Shown here: one piece after another, positions 26,536 to 40,489 of the stretch
How the letters are laid out: the number at the start of each line of letters is the position of its first letter
Numbering within the stretch: position 1 is the stretch's first letter
Origin: Chrysomallon squamiferum
Lineage: Eukaryota > Animalia > Mollusca
Length of the DNA: 64,000 nucleotides
Reading direction: 5' to 3'
Assembly (NCBI GenBank): GCA_012295275.1
Contig: CM022675.1
Coordinates: 15,314,001-15,378,000 of the forward strand
Made by a program: the position numbers and the translations under genes
Notes under the pieces: generated by a model
Seen by the model: the letters and a program-made list of their open reading frames with translations, nothing else
What the model was told of the DNA's origin: nothing
Database searches by the model: none

Positions 26536-29500
26536 ATGGCACAGAGTAAGAAAAAGATTGTTTATAAAGATCTACATCCCATTGATTTTGGAAATGGTCC
26601 CATATCTCTTGATATCTGCAATTCTCTAACTTCAAGACATACAGGTTAATTCATAATGACATCATTTAACATTATTCTACATATTAGTATGTTGAGTTCT
26701 TTAACTTCTTATCTGAAATGTCATTTACTGCAGTGTTAATCCATTATCCCATAACATTAACAACTAGTGCTTTATCACTGGTTTATCAAATGTAAGATAT
26801 CAGCTTTTTCTTCGTCGGAAGGTGAATATAAACAATCTCGCATGAAAAGGCAGGATCTCCTCTGGTCATTCTAACCAATGAAATAGAAGTCAGAAATATA
26901 TATATATATTAGTTTTAATAATTAATGGAAAATTGCCCAAAAATCTTTTTACAAAGCAAAAATTTCTCAGTAGTCTGTTTTAATGTAACACTAAGCATGA
27001 CATTAATATGTTTTAGGTGCTGGTTCAGACAGGTTCCCAGAGAGCGAGGAGTTTTTCATGCGAGATCTGTTTGAAATTATTCTGAAAGAAGCTGTGATGG
27101 AGTCTTTAAATCCAGAAAGGTATATAAAGAATTTCTTATTATTAGATCTTTGCTGTAATTCTTACACTGACAAAATATTTTATATCTATAATGTGTATGC
27201 ATGAGAATTGTATTTGTTTGAAATTGTACTGAAATTATTCTGAAAGAACCTGTGATGGAGTCTTTAAATCCAAAAAGGTATATAAAGAATTTCTTATTAT
27301 TAGATCTTTGCTATAATTCTTATACTGACAAAATATTTTATATCTATAATGTATGAATGAGAATTGTATTTGTTTGAAATTGTACTGAAATTATTCTGAA
27401 AGAACCTGTGATGGAGTCTAAATCCAAAAAGGTATATAAAGAATTTCTTATTATTAGATCTTTGCTATAATTCTTATACTGACAAAATATTTTATATCTA
27501 TAATGTATGTATGAGAATTGTATTTGTTTCATTTAGTGTGTTTTGCTTAGTGTGTATCTATTAATTTTCTTTCTTTTTTCTTGACTGTATTCAGATGTAC
27601 GTACTTTATAATAATCTTGTTAAACCATTCTCTCTACATGTGTATGTATGCAAACAAACAGTCACTAAGCTGATTTACAATTGAAATTGGTATCTATACA
27701 GATTAAACTATGTTGACTGATGTGAGATGGAATCAACATTGCTAATAAATGTAATAGTTTCACTCGTGTGTATATATATATATATGTTTTACAAGTAAAG
27801 CTTATTAAAATACGTGTGACAAAATTATAATTTCTGATATTTTACTTGTGTTTTTGGAACAGTTCTAACTTAGGTATATGTCATACATTTGAACAGTTCC
27901 TTATAAATTGTAAATTTCAAAGTTGTATATGTTTCGTAATTCTTTGGCTGCAAACTTGTTACCTAAAACATTGTGCTTTGTTCTGTTCTCAGCAAAGTTG
28001 TTGTGTTTAAACATCCACATGAACTGGAGAGTATACTTGATTTAAATATCAAGAGGTGTCGGGCATCCAATGAAGAACTTCTGAAGATGACACGACAGAT
28101 CATCAAATACAGTGTTAAAACTGGTAAAATAGCAAGTATCCGTATAGCACAAACGCAGATTGCTTAAACTTAGTTTAACCTTTGGTCTACAGGAAATAAT
28201 TTAAAACAAAAACTACACCGCGGGACATGTTTTGTACCTGCATTCACTTATTTCCCTGGAAATATTCATAAAACTGTAAGCAAAAGATTCAAATTTTTTG
28301 TTGTCATTTTTAGAGCAGTTAATATTTGTTATTTCAGTCATTTATGAAGTCAATTGTTTCTGAGAACTGGTAATGAATTTAATACAAACAAGCTGTTTAA
28401 TGTAAAATGTTTAGTTAAGCAAAATACTGGTGGTTTACATTCATTCAAAGTACATGTAACTGAAATAATTTGAAATTACTGTGACTGAAAAATCTTTTAA
28501 AATATTTTTTTGTGGCATCTTTATAATCACCAGCCAGAATGTAATGTCCATACTGAATGCAATAGATAAATATTTACTATTAAAATATTTTCTTTTGTAG
28601 GTCATCCACATTTCTTCAACCAGCTATATGGAGGATATGACACTTATGGCCTGGCTGGAGCTTGGCTAACAGAAGCTTTAAATACCAGTCAGTCAGTACA
28701 TTTTATCTCACAGTTCATCCAAATGTTAGACTTGTAAAATTTACAATTTATGAGGGGGGGAGATGTCTGACAATAAATTATGACCTGATGATGTGCTGAT
28801 TTCATATGCATCCATGAAATATTTAGAATGTATAAAACTAAATCAAATTTGTATTACGTCTCTAACATATTCTGGTTTAAACCAGTTTCAGGTAATGTCA
28901 CATAATATTTTACAGTTTATTAAATAGTTGTTATGAAGTTTGTGTACGATATTGCAGTAACTTTATTTATAATGCAATATGTTGTACATATAATATTATT
29001 TATTTTGCAGGTATACATATGAAGTTGCTCCAGTATTTACACTGATGGAGAAATCTTTGTTAGGAAAGATGCAGAAACTTGCTGGATTTAATGAAGGAGA
29101 TGGAATATTTTGTCCTGGTAAGTGAAACTGAAACTGAAAAAAATTAACGTGCTAATCAGAGCAAACTGGTGAAGCACGTCTACGACAGGCATGCTTTCTG
29201 ACAGGTCAGCGGGCGTGTCCGTCACAGAACTCCTTGTAAGATGAAATCCTTAGTTATGTATCATTACTATTTATTTATTTATATGTGTGTGTCTTTCATT
29301 CAGAATGTTTCATGACTAGTTTATCAAATGACTGCCGGCATGAGCTCTCCTATATGTGACAAGCTTAGTCATGGAATAAGTAATTGCAATTGTTCAAGCA
29401 TCATCATCAGTTTTGTGAAAAACCTATACTAATACACATTCATCATTAATCATAAAACAAGTTGCAGTGTCACTAAAAAAAAGGCCTTTAGTCACTGATT

Positions 29501-32500
29501 GGTTTTGGTGATCATTTTAAAACAATGTTTTTCTCTCCATTGCTCCCTGAATATCTAGTCCAGAGGAGTTTAACGATGTAACAAACAACTTGTCAAATAA
29601 ACCAGCACTAAAGGAGGTATTAAACATGGCTTTTCCTTTAAATTATTAGTGATTGTTTTCAGGTGGCTCTATATCCAACATGTATGCCTTAAACCTTGCC
29701 CGATTCAAGCGATTCCCAGTAGTGAAAACGGAAGGGATGTGTGGTCTACCCAAATTGTGCATTATTACATCAGAAGAGGTAGATCATAAATTTACATGTT
29801 ACTAAACTAATGTAAGTAGAGAATCATATTTATTTGTTATTATCAGTATTTTTGTAGTTTTATATGAAGAGGTAAAACAATAATTTATGAAATTAAAGTA
29901 AGTAGAGTGATATATTTATGTATTATTATTTCACTAACATCTGAACTTTGTTTTTGTGTTTGGTTTGTATTTGGTCATATTTTTTATTTATATACTTTAA
30001 TAGGAATTTATTTGTTCTATAATTCATTTGAAATGTATCTGTACTAAATGTGTTTTATTATTTTATTTTTCATTCATTTTTATTCATTATGGCTGTTCTA
30101 CTTTGATGAAGACATTTAACTATAAATGCCAGTTTGTTATAATTTAAAATATTTTGAATTTAATTAATTGGCAGTTTAATTTTGATATTTTACATCGAGA
30201 ATGCTTTACTGCTGGCTGATGAGTATTGAAAATATTTATTGGCTCATGAATAATTACTCACAGTATTTATCTAAACCAGCTCAAACAGCAGGATGCACAT
30301 AGTAAAAATGACTCAAAATAAAAGCTATATAAGCTAGCATTCAAATGATTTTCAAAGAAGAAGAGAGCTTCATTGAAAAATATTTTAGTATGAACTTTTC
30401 CGACTTATATACCATATTTATTTGAGTTTAGTTTGTCATGTTAAATAATGTTTTTATTTTATTGTATTGCAGTTTATATCTGTCACAGTGTATTTCAGGG
30501 GCATTATTCCATGAAGAAAATGGCTGCCACTTTAGGGCTGGGTATGAACAGCGTGGTACCAATTCCATGTGATAACCGAGGTCGTATGATAGCAAACAAA
30601 GTGGAAGAAACTATAGTAACATCTCTGCAGAATGTAAGTGTGTCGAATAAGTACAAAGCTGAAGTTTAATTTTATAAGAAAAGAATGTTTAAGTTTGGTT
30701 TTTCTTTTAATGTTAGTCTCCAAAATGGTTTTTGTAGGTGTTTGCATGTGAGAATGTAACATTGTTTTTTTCAGCATCACTATGCACAGATTAGAAATTG
30801 CTGTACAATTACAAATGAATTTTTATAATATTTTCACAGTATTAAATTTTTGGAAGATTGTCCATGAATATCTTGAATGTGTCTTTGTATTACAGGGAAG
30901 AGATTCCCTGTTCTTAAGTGACTGATACTGATAAATTTTTTGAAAACAAGAGAATCTATTGTATTATACTGATACAAATTAAAATGGTAAGTTAACAAAT
31001 ACAGTTAAATGTTTAAAAGAAATCTATAGATACTTGAATATATAGGACTATTAAACACTGTTAAATGAAAACTATAATAGTAAGTATAAAAATAAGTATC
31101 TTGTGAAATGTAAAAAAATATAATTCTTTTAAAATGTTTAATGAGAACAACTTTTATTTAATTGTCTATTTAATAATTCATCAAGTTAAATTTGATAACT
31201 TTTTGATTTTACTGCAGATCAATTTTGAAGTTTACAGTGTTTCATGCTATATAAACTTTGTTTAAATTAAAATATTACTGCCAAGTTTGTTATAAAATCT
31301 CCTTTATATTATACTGATGACATCACATATCTTAATATAGTAATATAATAATATAATATCATGGTATGTTAACTAGTATGTTATTCAATGAACTTGGAAT
31401 TAGTTGAATGAATTATTATAAATAAGTAAAGGATTGAAGTGTGACAAGTAAAATCTGTTTTACTGGTTAGTAATGGTGATGTTTAATGATGATATTCTGT
31501 GTACAAATTCTTGTTTATGATAATGTTCTATGTACATTTGATGGCAGCATTTCTGTTTATAATAATGTTCTGTGTACTTGATGGCAGAGTTCCTGTTTAT
31601 GATAATGTTTTGTGTATCAGAGAACTAACCAAAATGATACACTCTGCATTCCAGGGTACATTTGGATGAACGGTAAGCTATCCAAAATGACGTTCTATGT
31701 GTTACAGAATACAACACCATTAGTAGTGGATGGTAAGCAAATGACATCTTAAATTACATGATATTGGCATGCATTCTAAATACACAGAGCTTTTAGTAGC
31801 AGGTAAGCAGATGATACTGTTATGCATTTTGTGGTACATGCCATTAGTAATGGATGGTAAGAAAATTATACAGTCATGCACTCCATGATACTGAGCCAAT
31901 AATATTGCATGGTAAGCAGATGTTTCTAGCAGGTTTTAATTAACACTGTACATATCTGTTAATACAGCAATGTCAGCAGGTTATCCTGTATTCAAATGTT
32001 TATGTGCTGCATGCACAGTGATTGAGCTGGATTATCTCATCTCCTTTTTTTTCTTTTTTTTTTTATTTTTTCTAAAACAGATTTTAATTGGTTTGGTAAT
32101 GATTTTTGCATGTATCCAACTGGCAATTTCCTAGAAACATCACATAAAGGAATATCTGTATTTAAAATGTAGCTTGATAGTAGCAGTACATTAAATGTTC
32201 AAATGAAAAGACCAACTGCAGAAGAAACATTTCATAATAGGTAAAATCCACCAAACTAATTAATATATAGTTGTATGTGTTGGAATGGAATTCACAAAAA
32301 GATGTGAGAAAATCTATCTCAGTTATTGTGCATGTGGCTTTATTATAGGACAGCTTTCTACCTGTATAAGTGAGGAGTAAATACAAATTTTAATTGAATA
32401 TCCAGATATGTGCAGACAGAGATATTCAGTCTGGTGTCTACTATTACTGTTTGTGTAATAAGATTATTAATTTTTTTTTCTGAGGTATAGGTATGCTGCT

Positions 32501-35500
32501 TATTAGATTTGGAATAATATATACATACATTTTAAACAAGAAGTTTATAATGACAATTAGTAAAATATTTTATCTCAGGATTGAAAACCTCTGAGATGTC
32601 CTGCTTATTACAAAATCCAGGTTAGTGACCATCATGTATATTGCTGTGTATTGATTTATCATATATTAGAATAATGATGATGAAGAAGGTAATATTGTTT
32701 ATTTTTCTTCAAGTTCATGAATAAAAACTATTTTTTGCAGGGAACTATACCTGTTATGGTAAATGTAACATCAGGTACAACTGTACTAGGAGCCTATGAC
32801 CCACTGGACAAGATTGCAGACATCTGCAGGAAGTATGATGTGTGGGTACATTGTGATGGTGCCTGGGGTGCAGCTTGTCTCCTGTCTGACAACCTCAAGC
32901 ATTTAATGAAAGGAATTGAAAAGTAAATTTATACAAATGTTCTATTTTCTCTCTGAACTATATCAAGTTAACTTCTGATGATATATTGATGTAAATATAT
33001 TTGTATTCTTTATAAAATAATCTGTTTTGTGTGTGTGTGTTATTTGCAGATATTTTCATGCTTTGCTGTTTGTACCAAACTGTAAAAACAAAGAATAACG
33101 TAATCACAACTACTTACATACTTGTTATTTTATTGTCAGATTACAAAGATTGGTTGTTAAAAATAGATAAATAGTAACCTGGAAATAATATAGAAAAAAT
33201 GAGATGAGATAATCCAGCTCAATCACTGTATATGCTGTGAAAAAGAACAATGAAATTTTATATTTGAGAACAAGAATAGCGAGTTCTTGTTTTCATTCTT
33301 ATTTATATTTTTATTTTGTTTTTCATTTAGCTACCTTCCTTATTTATTTTACTAACTAAACTGAAGTATTAATCCTTTCAGATGTTTTGATTTAATATTG
33401 CAGACATGAAATAAAATATATTCTTTGTTTGATATCTATATCTACATACAGGGATTTTTCAATCATTAATAGTACCCAGTAAGTAATATAAATTCTAATT
33501 TTGGATGTCAACTGAATATAGATGTGTGTTCATTGACTTTTATATTAGGCATACTCTTAGCAATTTTTCTATCAAACAATGACAAAAAGATCTACTAAAA
33601 TACCAGGAATCATAACAACTTGTCACTCTCATTAATATAGACTAGACATTTGAAAATACTGTGTTCACAGCAGTGGATGAATGTTTGACAGATATTTTAA
33701 TTTTTATTTTCATTTTTTAAACTATATTTTTAATGTCATCTGTCAGCAACTTTGTACATCAAATTACAATAAAATATATATGATATTATAGCAAAAAGTC
33801 CAGATTTCAGAAAATGTTGGGTCTTTTTTTTCTTCTTAAAATCAGTCCAGTATTTAGATTTTATTAACATTGCAAAATAAATTCTTTGTTGTAATCTTCT
33901 TTCAGTGCCAAAAACAAAAATTTGGATGGGTTAACTATTCATTTACAGAATCAGTAACATTCTCTTAAATATCAGTTAACATATATATATGTAAATATAT
34001 ATAATATGGCATACTTTGTTTTTGGTTCTGGGTAGGTGTCATTTTGTTTTATGTTAAATTTTCAAAAATTACAAACTAATATTTCAGGGTTGATTCATTA
34101 ACTTGGAATCCTCATAAAATGATGGGTTCACCTCTACAAACATGTGCTTTTCTAACAAAACACCAGGTATTTATTGCTTTGTTTTTTCTACCATATATGT
34201 TACATACATCTAACCAATAAAATATTGAACACTAAAAATTCATTCCATGCAATTAATCCATCTCAAATGAAAATTTTGTCTTATCATAGTTTAATTTCTT
34301 AAATTATCACATTTTAAATATTTTGCTTAATTTGAGTAAATATCAAAATTCTTATGAACATAACAAGACATTTAAACTGAATTTCACATTGAATTCTCAC
34401 TCACTCACATTGTTTATTTTACTTTTCAGAACCTACTAGCAGAGTGTCATTCTGCCAATGCCACATATCTGTTCCAACAGGACAAGTTTTATGACATTTC
34501 TTATGATACAGGTGACAAGTCAATACAGTGTGGTCGTAAGGTTGATGTACTCAAGTTGTGGATGATGTGGAAGGCAAAGGGAGATTATCAGTTTGCTAAA
34601 GATATAGAAAATGCATTTGACTGTGCAAGGTTTGTTTTAGTTTCCACTGTTACATTACATACATGGAAAATAATCTGGTTGAATGTTTATTTGAATACAA
34701 AACTAAAATAAAGGTACAGAAATACATATTTCAGTACAAAGTATTAAGATTGCAATTTAGGGTGTAAAATATTGAAAACTGATTTAGTCAATTTGATCAG
34801 TATACACAAAACAAACCCAGTTTATCAATATTAACAGTGTTGTATTCATTTTATTCCTTTTAACGTTATAACTATGGAACAGATTCTCCTTAATCAATTC
34901 AAAAATGCCTACTTATTGTAAAAACATAATTTTTTTATGACAAGTTGGCATTTGTCAACTGATGAAGTTAACTTCAACATATATGATTCTGATGTTGTTG
35001 TTAATAAAAAGAAATCCTCTGAATTTTCTTTCATGGAGGCAGATGTTTTGTTTTAGCAGACTCCACACACTAAAATCTGATTGAATGCTTTCTATAAACA
35101 ATTTTTTTAATATATACAAAATGCTCTCCCTGATGACAAAAGGAAGTTATGAGTATATAAAAATAAGAACTGTTAAATAAGTTTAATAGTTATAACTGAT
35201 ATTGTTATATATTTTTCAAAGATTATTAGATAATTCCTGTAATAACCCAGTTGCACCATGTGATTCTGTGCTCACACATGAAGTGTGCTATTCCTAACAA
35301 CCATCAATGTTTTAGGTTTTATTAAATAAACACCAATGTCGTTGTTCATATTAAACTGTTTAGTATTCAGTAAGCACATTTGATGTGAGTATTTCTTTAA
35401 ATGACATTTGAATGGTGAAGGAGGCAATATTGAAATTGATTTCACTAAACTAATATCAAAATAAATTAATTTAAACCTATTAAGTTTAGCTGATAAGAAC

Positions 35501-38054
35501 AAGGACACTGGTATATTTTAACTTGTATAAATTACGTTCAGTTTACAATAAATTTTATAAATAATGAATTAGGTAAGAAGGACCATAGTTATTAAAAATA
35601 AATATAAACAGCTTTAAAACAGAATTCTTTAAAAATTCTAGGTAAGTTATTTTTAATTTAAGAAATTCCTTTCTATAATAATATTTATTCTCTAAAATGC
35701 TACTATTATTATTGCTGCTGCTAATAATTATTGCCTTGTTACATGTATACAGCAATTAAAAATAGCTGTTAATTTTATTTTGTTTCAGATACTTGGAAGA
35801 TAAAATAAAGAAAACTGAAGGCTTCCGTTTGGTATTGCCAGAGGTAATAATTAGTTGTGTTTTAATTAGATTTAACAAATTTAACTAGACATGGGCTTTT
35901 TTGTTATAATTCTATGATTCTTCTGTATTTTATAACTCTTTCTTTGCATGACTTGTAGTGAAACATTGGAACAGCCAACGATTAGAGAATGGACATAATG
36001 ATTATTATATTTACACAAAATGAACCACTGAATAATTTATATGCTGGTGCTGACCCAACTATTTTATATGCAGTGCTATTCCCAAGTTAATATATTTGAC
36101 TACAGTAACTAAATAAAATGTGATATCATTTCTAAATGTACTGAAGGACAAATTAACAGCCAGTGAAATTTTTTTATGAAGTATGATTTTGTGGGATCTC
36201 TTTCAGTTTTGTTGAGCTTGATGAAAAGCAGGAATTCTAAATCTGGTGCTGCATGTTTTTTTTGTTTTTACTAATACATTTATTTGTAATATTCTTGTTA
36301 AACAACAACATCCTTAGTAACAAAATTTATATAGTGTTGTTAATTTTTGTCAGGCTTATTTGCATAACTTTACTACAATTCTTTAAGTGAATAATTTCCA
36401 TATTAATAGATCTAGATGTTTTTGTTCTTCAAACTGAATAATAATGGCACATTTAGAATCCTTGTCATATTGCCTTTTCAACAATACCAATTTTATGAAG
36501 ATTGACTCAGTAGTTACTGAGATACGAGGGTTCAAAGGTTGGTGGTCACACCCATTTTGGCTGAAAATCTCAAAATTCGGGGGGGGTGGCCATATCTCCC
36601 ACATCATTGGTCTGATTGGCTAATGTTTTGGATTTGGTGCTGTGGGATCCCAGTCAACAAGTATACCAAGTTTCATAAAAATCTGAGACAGTTGGGTTTA
36701 ACCCATTGGGTGATTTGACATGGAATGACCCTAATATTAAATAACATTAAAGTCAGTTATTTTGTTGTTATCTTTCATATCAGTTTAAATAACTGTCTTA
36801 CTTGACACTCTGTTACTGAAATAAACAGAACAATAGCTTTATCTTTATGGGGAATCAAGATTTGTTTCTGTTATGAAAGATTATATATCAGGCATGGGCA
36901 AATGTTTTTGAGAAGCAGGCCACATGAGGCATGGCTCATCCTCAGGCGATTCTGCAGAATGGCACATGAAGGAGGTAACTGTATCAACGATTAGTTATTC
37001 TGGCTGCAGAGGCCCATACAAATCAATTTGTTTTTTATGTAGTTTAAGAAATTTTTCATTTTCATTTACTTCAGAAATTATAATAAAAAAGTTACATATG
37101 TTTTAATATATTAGTAGATACAAAATAGGCTCCCCCAACCTTTTTTGAGTGAGGGAGAGTGTGTGTGGACAGGTGAGGACAAAATGAGACAAACAAAATG
37201 TGGATTAATGTTATTTTCCTTGTGAAATTAGGTGGGCCACAGTTTGCCCATGACTGTTATATGTGAAATGTTTATTTATTGTTATTATTTTTGTTTATAA
37301 TGTTATTTTATTGTATTTTATTTTTATGAAGTTAACAAAACAGGGTAAAATTCTGTTTTGATTAGAACAAGAAAACATTTAAACAATTATGTCAAATGAT
37401 TTCTAAAGATACAACTGTTATATCACAAAAAGTTGTCTCCAAACAAATCAACATCTTCAAAATAAAACATTTGTTGACTTTAAAGGATAAAATATTGTGA
37501 TCTTGTTAAAATTCAGAAGTTATAATTTGCATTTACTAGTTTAAACTGGTAGGTGAATTTTCATAATAATAATCCTAAAACAATTATTTATATCTGTTTT
37601 TTCCAGTTTGAATGCACAAATGTTGGATTCTGGTACATTCCACCAAGTCTACGAGGTCAGAATGAAACGACAGAGTGGTGGAATAAGATAGCTGAGGTAG
37701 TTTGTCTGTCTTAGTCTGATTTCAAATCAAATGTTATATATTAACTAATACCTTTCTTTTTAAGTTTATCATAAAATGTTATGTACTATTGATGGGACAG
37801 TCAATTTTCCTTAAATTTCTTTTATTTTTTATTTTTTTGAGGGATGTTCATTTTGCTTTTTTATTATGATGGTTGTGCAGGTTGCTCCTGCAATAAAGAA
37901 ACGGATGACAGAACAGGGAACTCTTCTCATTGGTTACCAGCCTGACAGAGAATGGGTTAACTTTTTTCGAATGGTTATTTCCAACACTGCAACAACTCAT
38001 AAAGAAATGGATTTTGTCATCACTGAAATTGACCGACTGGGTAGAGATTTATGA
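26536..38054 (+). CDS. CSAD: PLP-dependent acidic amino acid decarboxylase, CSAD/GADL1 type, 523 aa, 13 coding exons
   Basis: Exons 26536-26644, 27017-27119, 27993-28123, 28601-28691, 29011-29117, 29663-29778, 30499-30633, 32741-32922, 34088-34166, 34430-34629, 35789-35843, 37607-37696, 37881-38054; phases consistent, 1572 nt. Motifs: [24 protein letters not shown] (CSAD-like rather than GAD NTNMFTYE), [32 protein letters not shown] (PLP lysine), [25 protein letters not shown]-terminal LGRDL. CSAD versus GADL1 orthology cannot be resolved by eye. Confidence 0.93.
27072..27529. repeat. Tandem triplication (~156-158 bp unit) spanning a CSAD exon 3' end and its donor site
   Basis: Units start at 27072, 27230 and 27386. 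Each carries tgaaattattctgaaagaa...aaag|gtatat. Confidence 0.92.
29137..29230 (+). mobile_element. Fragment of the LTR-like sequence found at 63110-63443
   Basis: Near-identical to the reverse complement of ~63296-63391 (aaaaaattaacgtgctaatcagagcaa...ctttctgacaggtcagcgggcgtgtc). Confidence 0.85.
31480..31925. repeat. Degenerate intronic tandem repeats
   Basis: About 3 copies of tgtttat(g/a)ataatgtt(c/t)t.tgtac..tgatggcag at 31510-31620, followed by recurring ggtaagc(a/t) units spaced ~60 bp apart. Confidence 0.6.
36385..36731 (-). mobile_element. Non-autonomous DNA transposon fragment
   Basis: GC-richer insert ending gggtgatttgacatggaatgaccc (terminal GGGTCATTCCATGTCAAATCA on the - strand), with accaagtttcat-type internal motifs typical of invertebrate dispersed repeats. 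The other end is not identified. Confidence 0.45.
36889..37256. mobile_element. hAT-family MITE
   Basis: TIRs CAGGCATGGGCAAA / TTTGCCCATGACTG (13/14 match); 8-bp TSD ttatatat / ttatatgt. Confidence 0.8.
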
Positions 38055-40489
38055 CTGATGACACACAATAGCTAGTGGTGTCTGCGATATCCTTTGCAGA
38101 AGTCACTTACATTAACAAATCAATCAAATTGTTATGTGAAAAGGTTATATTTGATTTTGTTTACAGAATTAAATATAAAATCAAACAAAAGTTGGGTTTT
38201 TTTTGTGTTAAAACAAATGATCTAGTTGTAAAAGCTGAATTATTTAACTAATATGAATTCATTAGTAATTATAATTTAGCTTAGAAACAACTTTTGTAAT
38301 TGTAAATGAGTTTTGGTCATATTAATTGTCACTAAATTCTGCAACTGGTACATGAAATTACTTTAACTGAATGTTGCTATAAGCTTAAGTGGTGTTTTCA
38401 GCAATCTGATTTTTTAAAGCCCTTCTTCAGAAATTCATTATAGTATATTTCTAGTATATTAACAAGAAAATGAATCTGAGACACAACAAAATACTGAATT
38501 GTGAACCAACAACTTTTTATTTTAAAATGCAGTAAATTGGCATTGTTTCATTTTAAATCTATATTTATGGATCAACTAAGAATTTTGAATTAATGTTTTA
38601 ACCAAAATTTACATGACCTGAATTTTACAAAGATAGAAAGGATGTCCTAGCAAAATAGTGTTAACAGATTATATTTTTATATATTGTTTTATAATGTTGT
38701 GTTGTATTTAAACAGACATATTTATCTAACATTTTACTATGTACATTAACACTGAACATTATTTTTGTTTGAAAAAGGTGCAGTGTGTCGGATTACATCA
38801 TAACATGTTGTTATAGATAGTAACAGTGATATTTATAATTTGTGAGGTGTTTACAGCATTTATAGCTTGTGTCCTTTTTACATTTTGATTTCACTTTCCA
38901 TCAAAAAAACTGCTCTGGCATACATTTCTATTAGGACAGTTTTCACTCAATTTAATCAGTCTATCGTCATGCCAGTTTTTTATATCATGAAATATTATAT
39001 ATCCAGTGAGAGCTGCAGGTTGAAAATACCAATCAGTGACAGCAAAAGGTGATAAATTCAGTCAAATGTAAAAAACATCATTTCACTTATTTATTCAGTG
39101 GAGTGTGTCATTGACACTTGAATTTTTATAAATGATCTTTGAAATTCCTGTGGAATGCTGTTAGCTGCATATACTGACTATAGGACACTTCTTAACCAGT
39201 CAGTTCACGAACTCCAAAATATTGAACAGCAAATTAATATGAATAAGAGATTATTTAAATGTATATGTACCAGATATTAAATTATTATTTACAGCCCCAT
39301 GATATGTTTATCAAAGACTGGTGATAGTTGAAAAAAAAAAGAGTATAAACCATTTGAATGGTGAGTGAAATTTCTCTGTCATCTTATTGAATTATTTAAA
39401 AATATGTCGAGTGTATCATTAAGAAAAACATTCCTACCTTCCCTGAACTAATCAGTCTGTTCTTGACAATCACTTGTTCTTATACAAACAATCAGGCTTA
39501 GATAATCTATAGGTCTACAGTTACAAATTTGTCACAATAACATTGTTCATACTATTCCAGCACATAAAACACAGATTTTAGTATTCAGATTGTTTTATAT
39601 GTTAAAATAGAATTATGTTATATTATGTGACAATCAGAGATTATATTATCATACACTTATTTTATTACACTGGTATGCTATGAAATAAAATCTTAAAAAT
39701 CTGGTAATTGTTTTATTACCATTTTCTGGATACTATGTAGTGATACTCACTACATGTTTGTAGTTCAAAAACAAATGAACAAATGATAATGAATTTGACA
39801 GATATTACCAAAGGTATTATAGTGTGTAATAGTGTTAACAAAACACAAATTGATGGCAGTTATTAGTATATGTTTTTATTTCTTTTCAGTCAACATTGTA
39901 TTCATAAATTTATTTAAATTATTCACATTTAAACTGATTTACAAAATAAGCATCAAATAAACTGATTATTATTATAGTCTTTTGTTTGTTTGTTTATTTC
40001 TGCAGTTCATAAAAATCAGTTGTTTTATGTACTGACATACAGTTTAAATTTTGATTTCTTAATAAATATGTCTCATGGTCCAGTGTTTAAGATTTTTAGC
40101 TATAAAATGTGATGTATGAGAAACTAATGAATAATCTAGATGAACGGAGTGAAATCAAATATAAAATTGTAGCTTCAAAAAATAGTTGTTTTGTCATTCG
40201 ACTCCTGGAATTTGCAATCATGAATTAAAACAAACCAGTGTTTGTGTGGGTATCCTGCCAAAAGTTACATGGTCAGTAGTCATACAATTTGGAAAGCAGT
40301 CAAGCAGTAAGTAAGCTGGCACCCCTGTGTGGAGAGAATGATCAACTAGTTTTGGCTGTGTTTCACTGCTAACTGTAGTAATCACAACTCCAGTGGGTAG
40401 CATTTGTTCATGGTTACTCTAATTATATGGAGATGTTGCTCTTAAATAGGAGAAGGACTTTGAAGGAGACATGTTTTGATACAGCAAAG

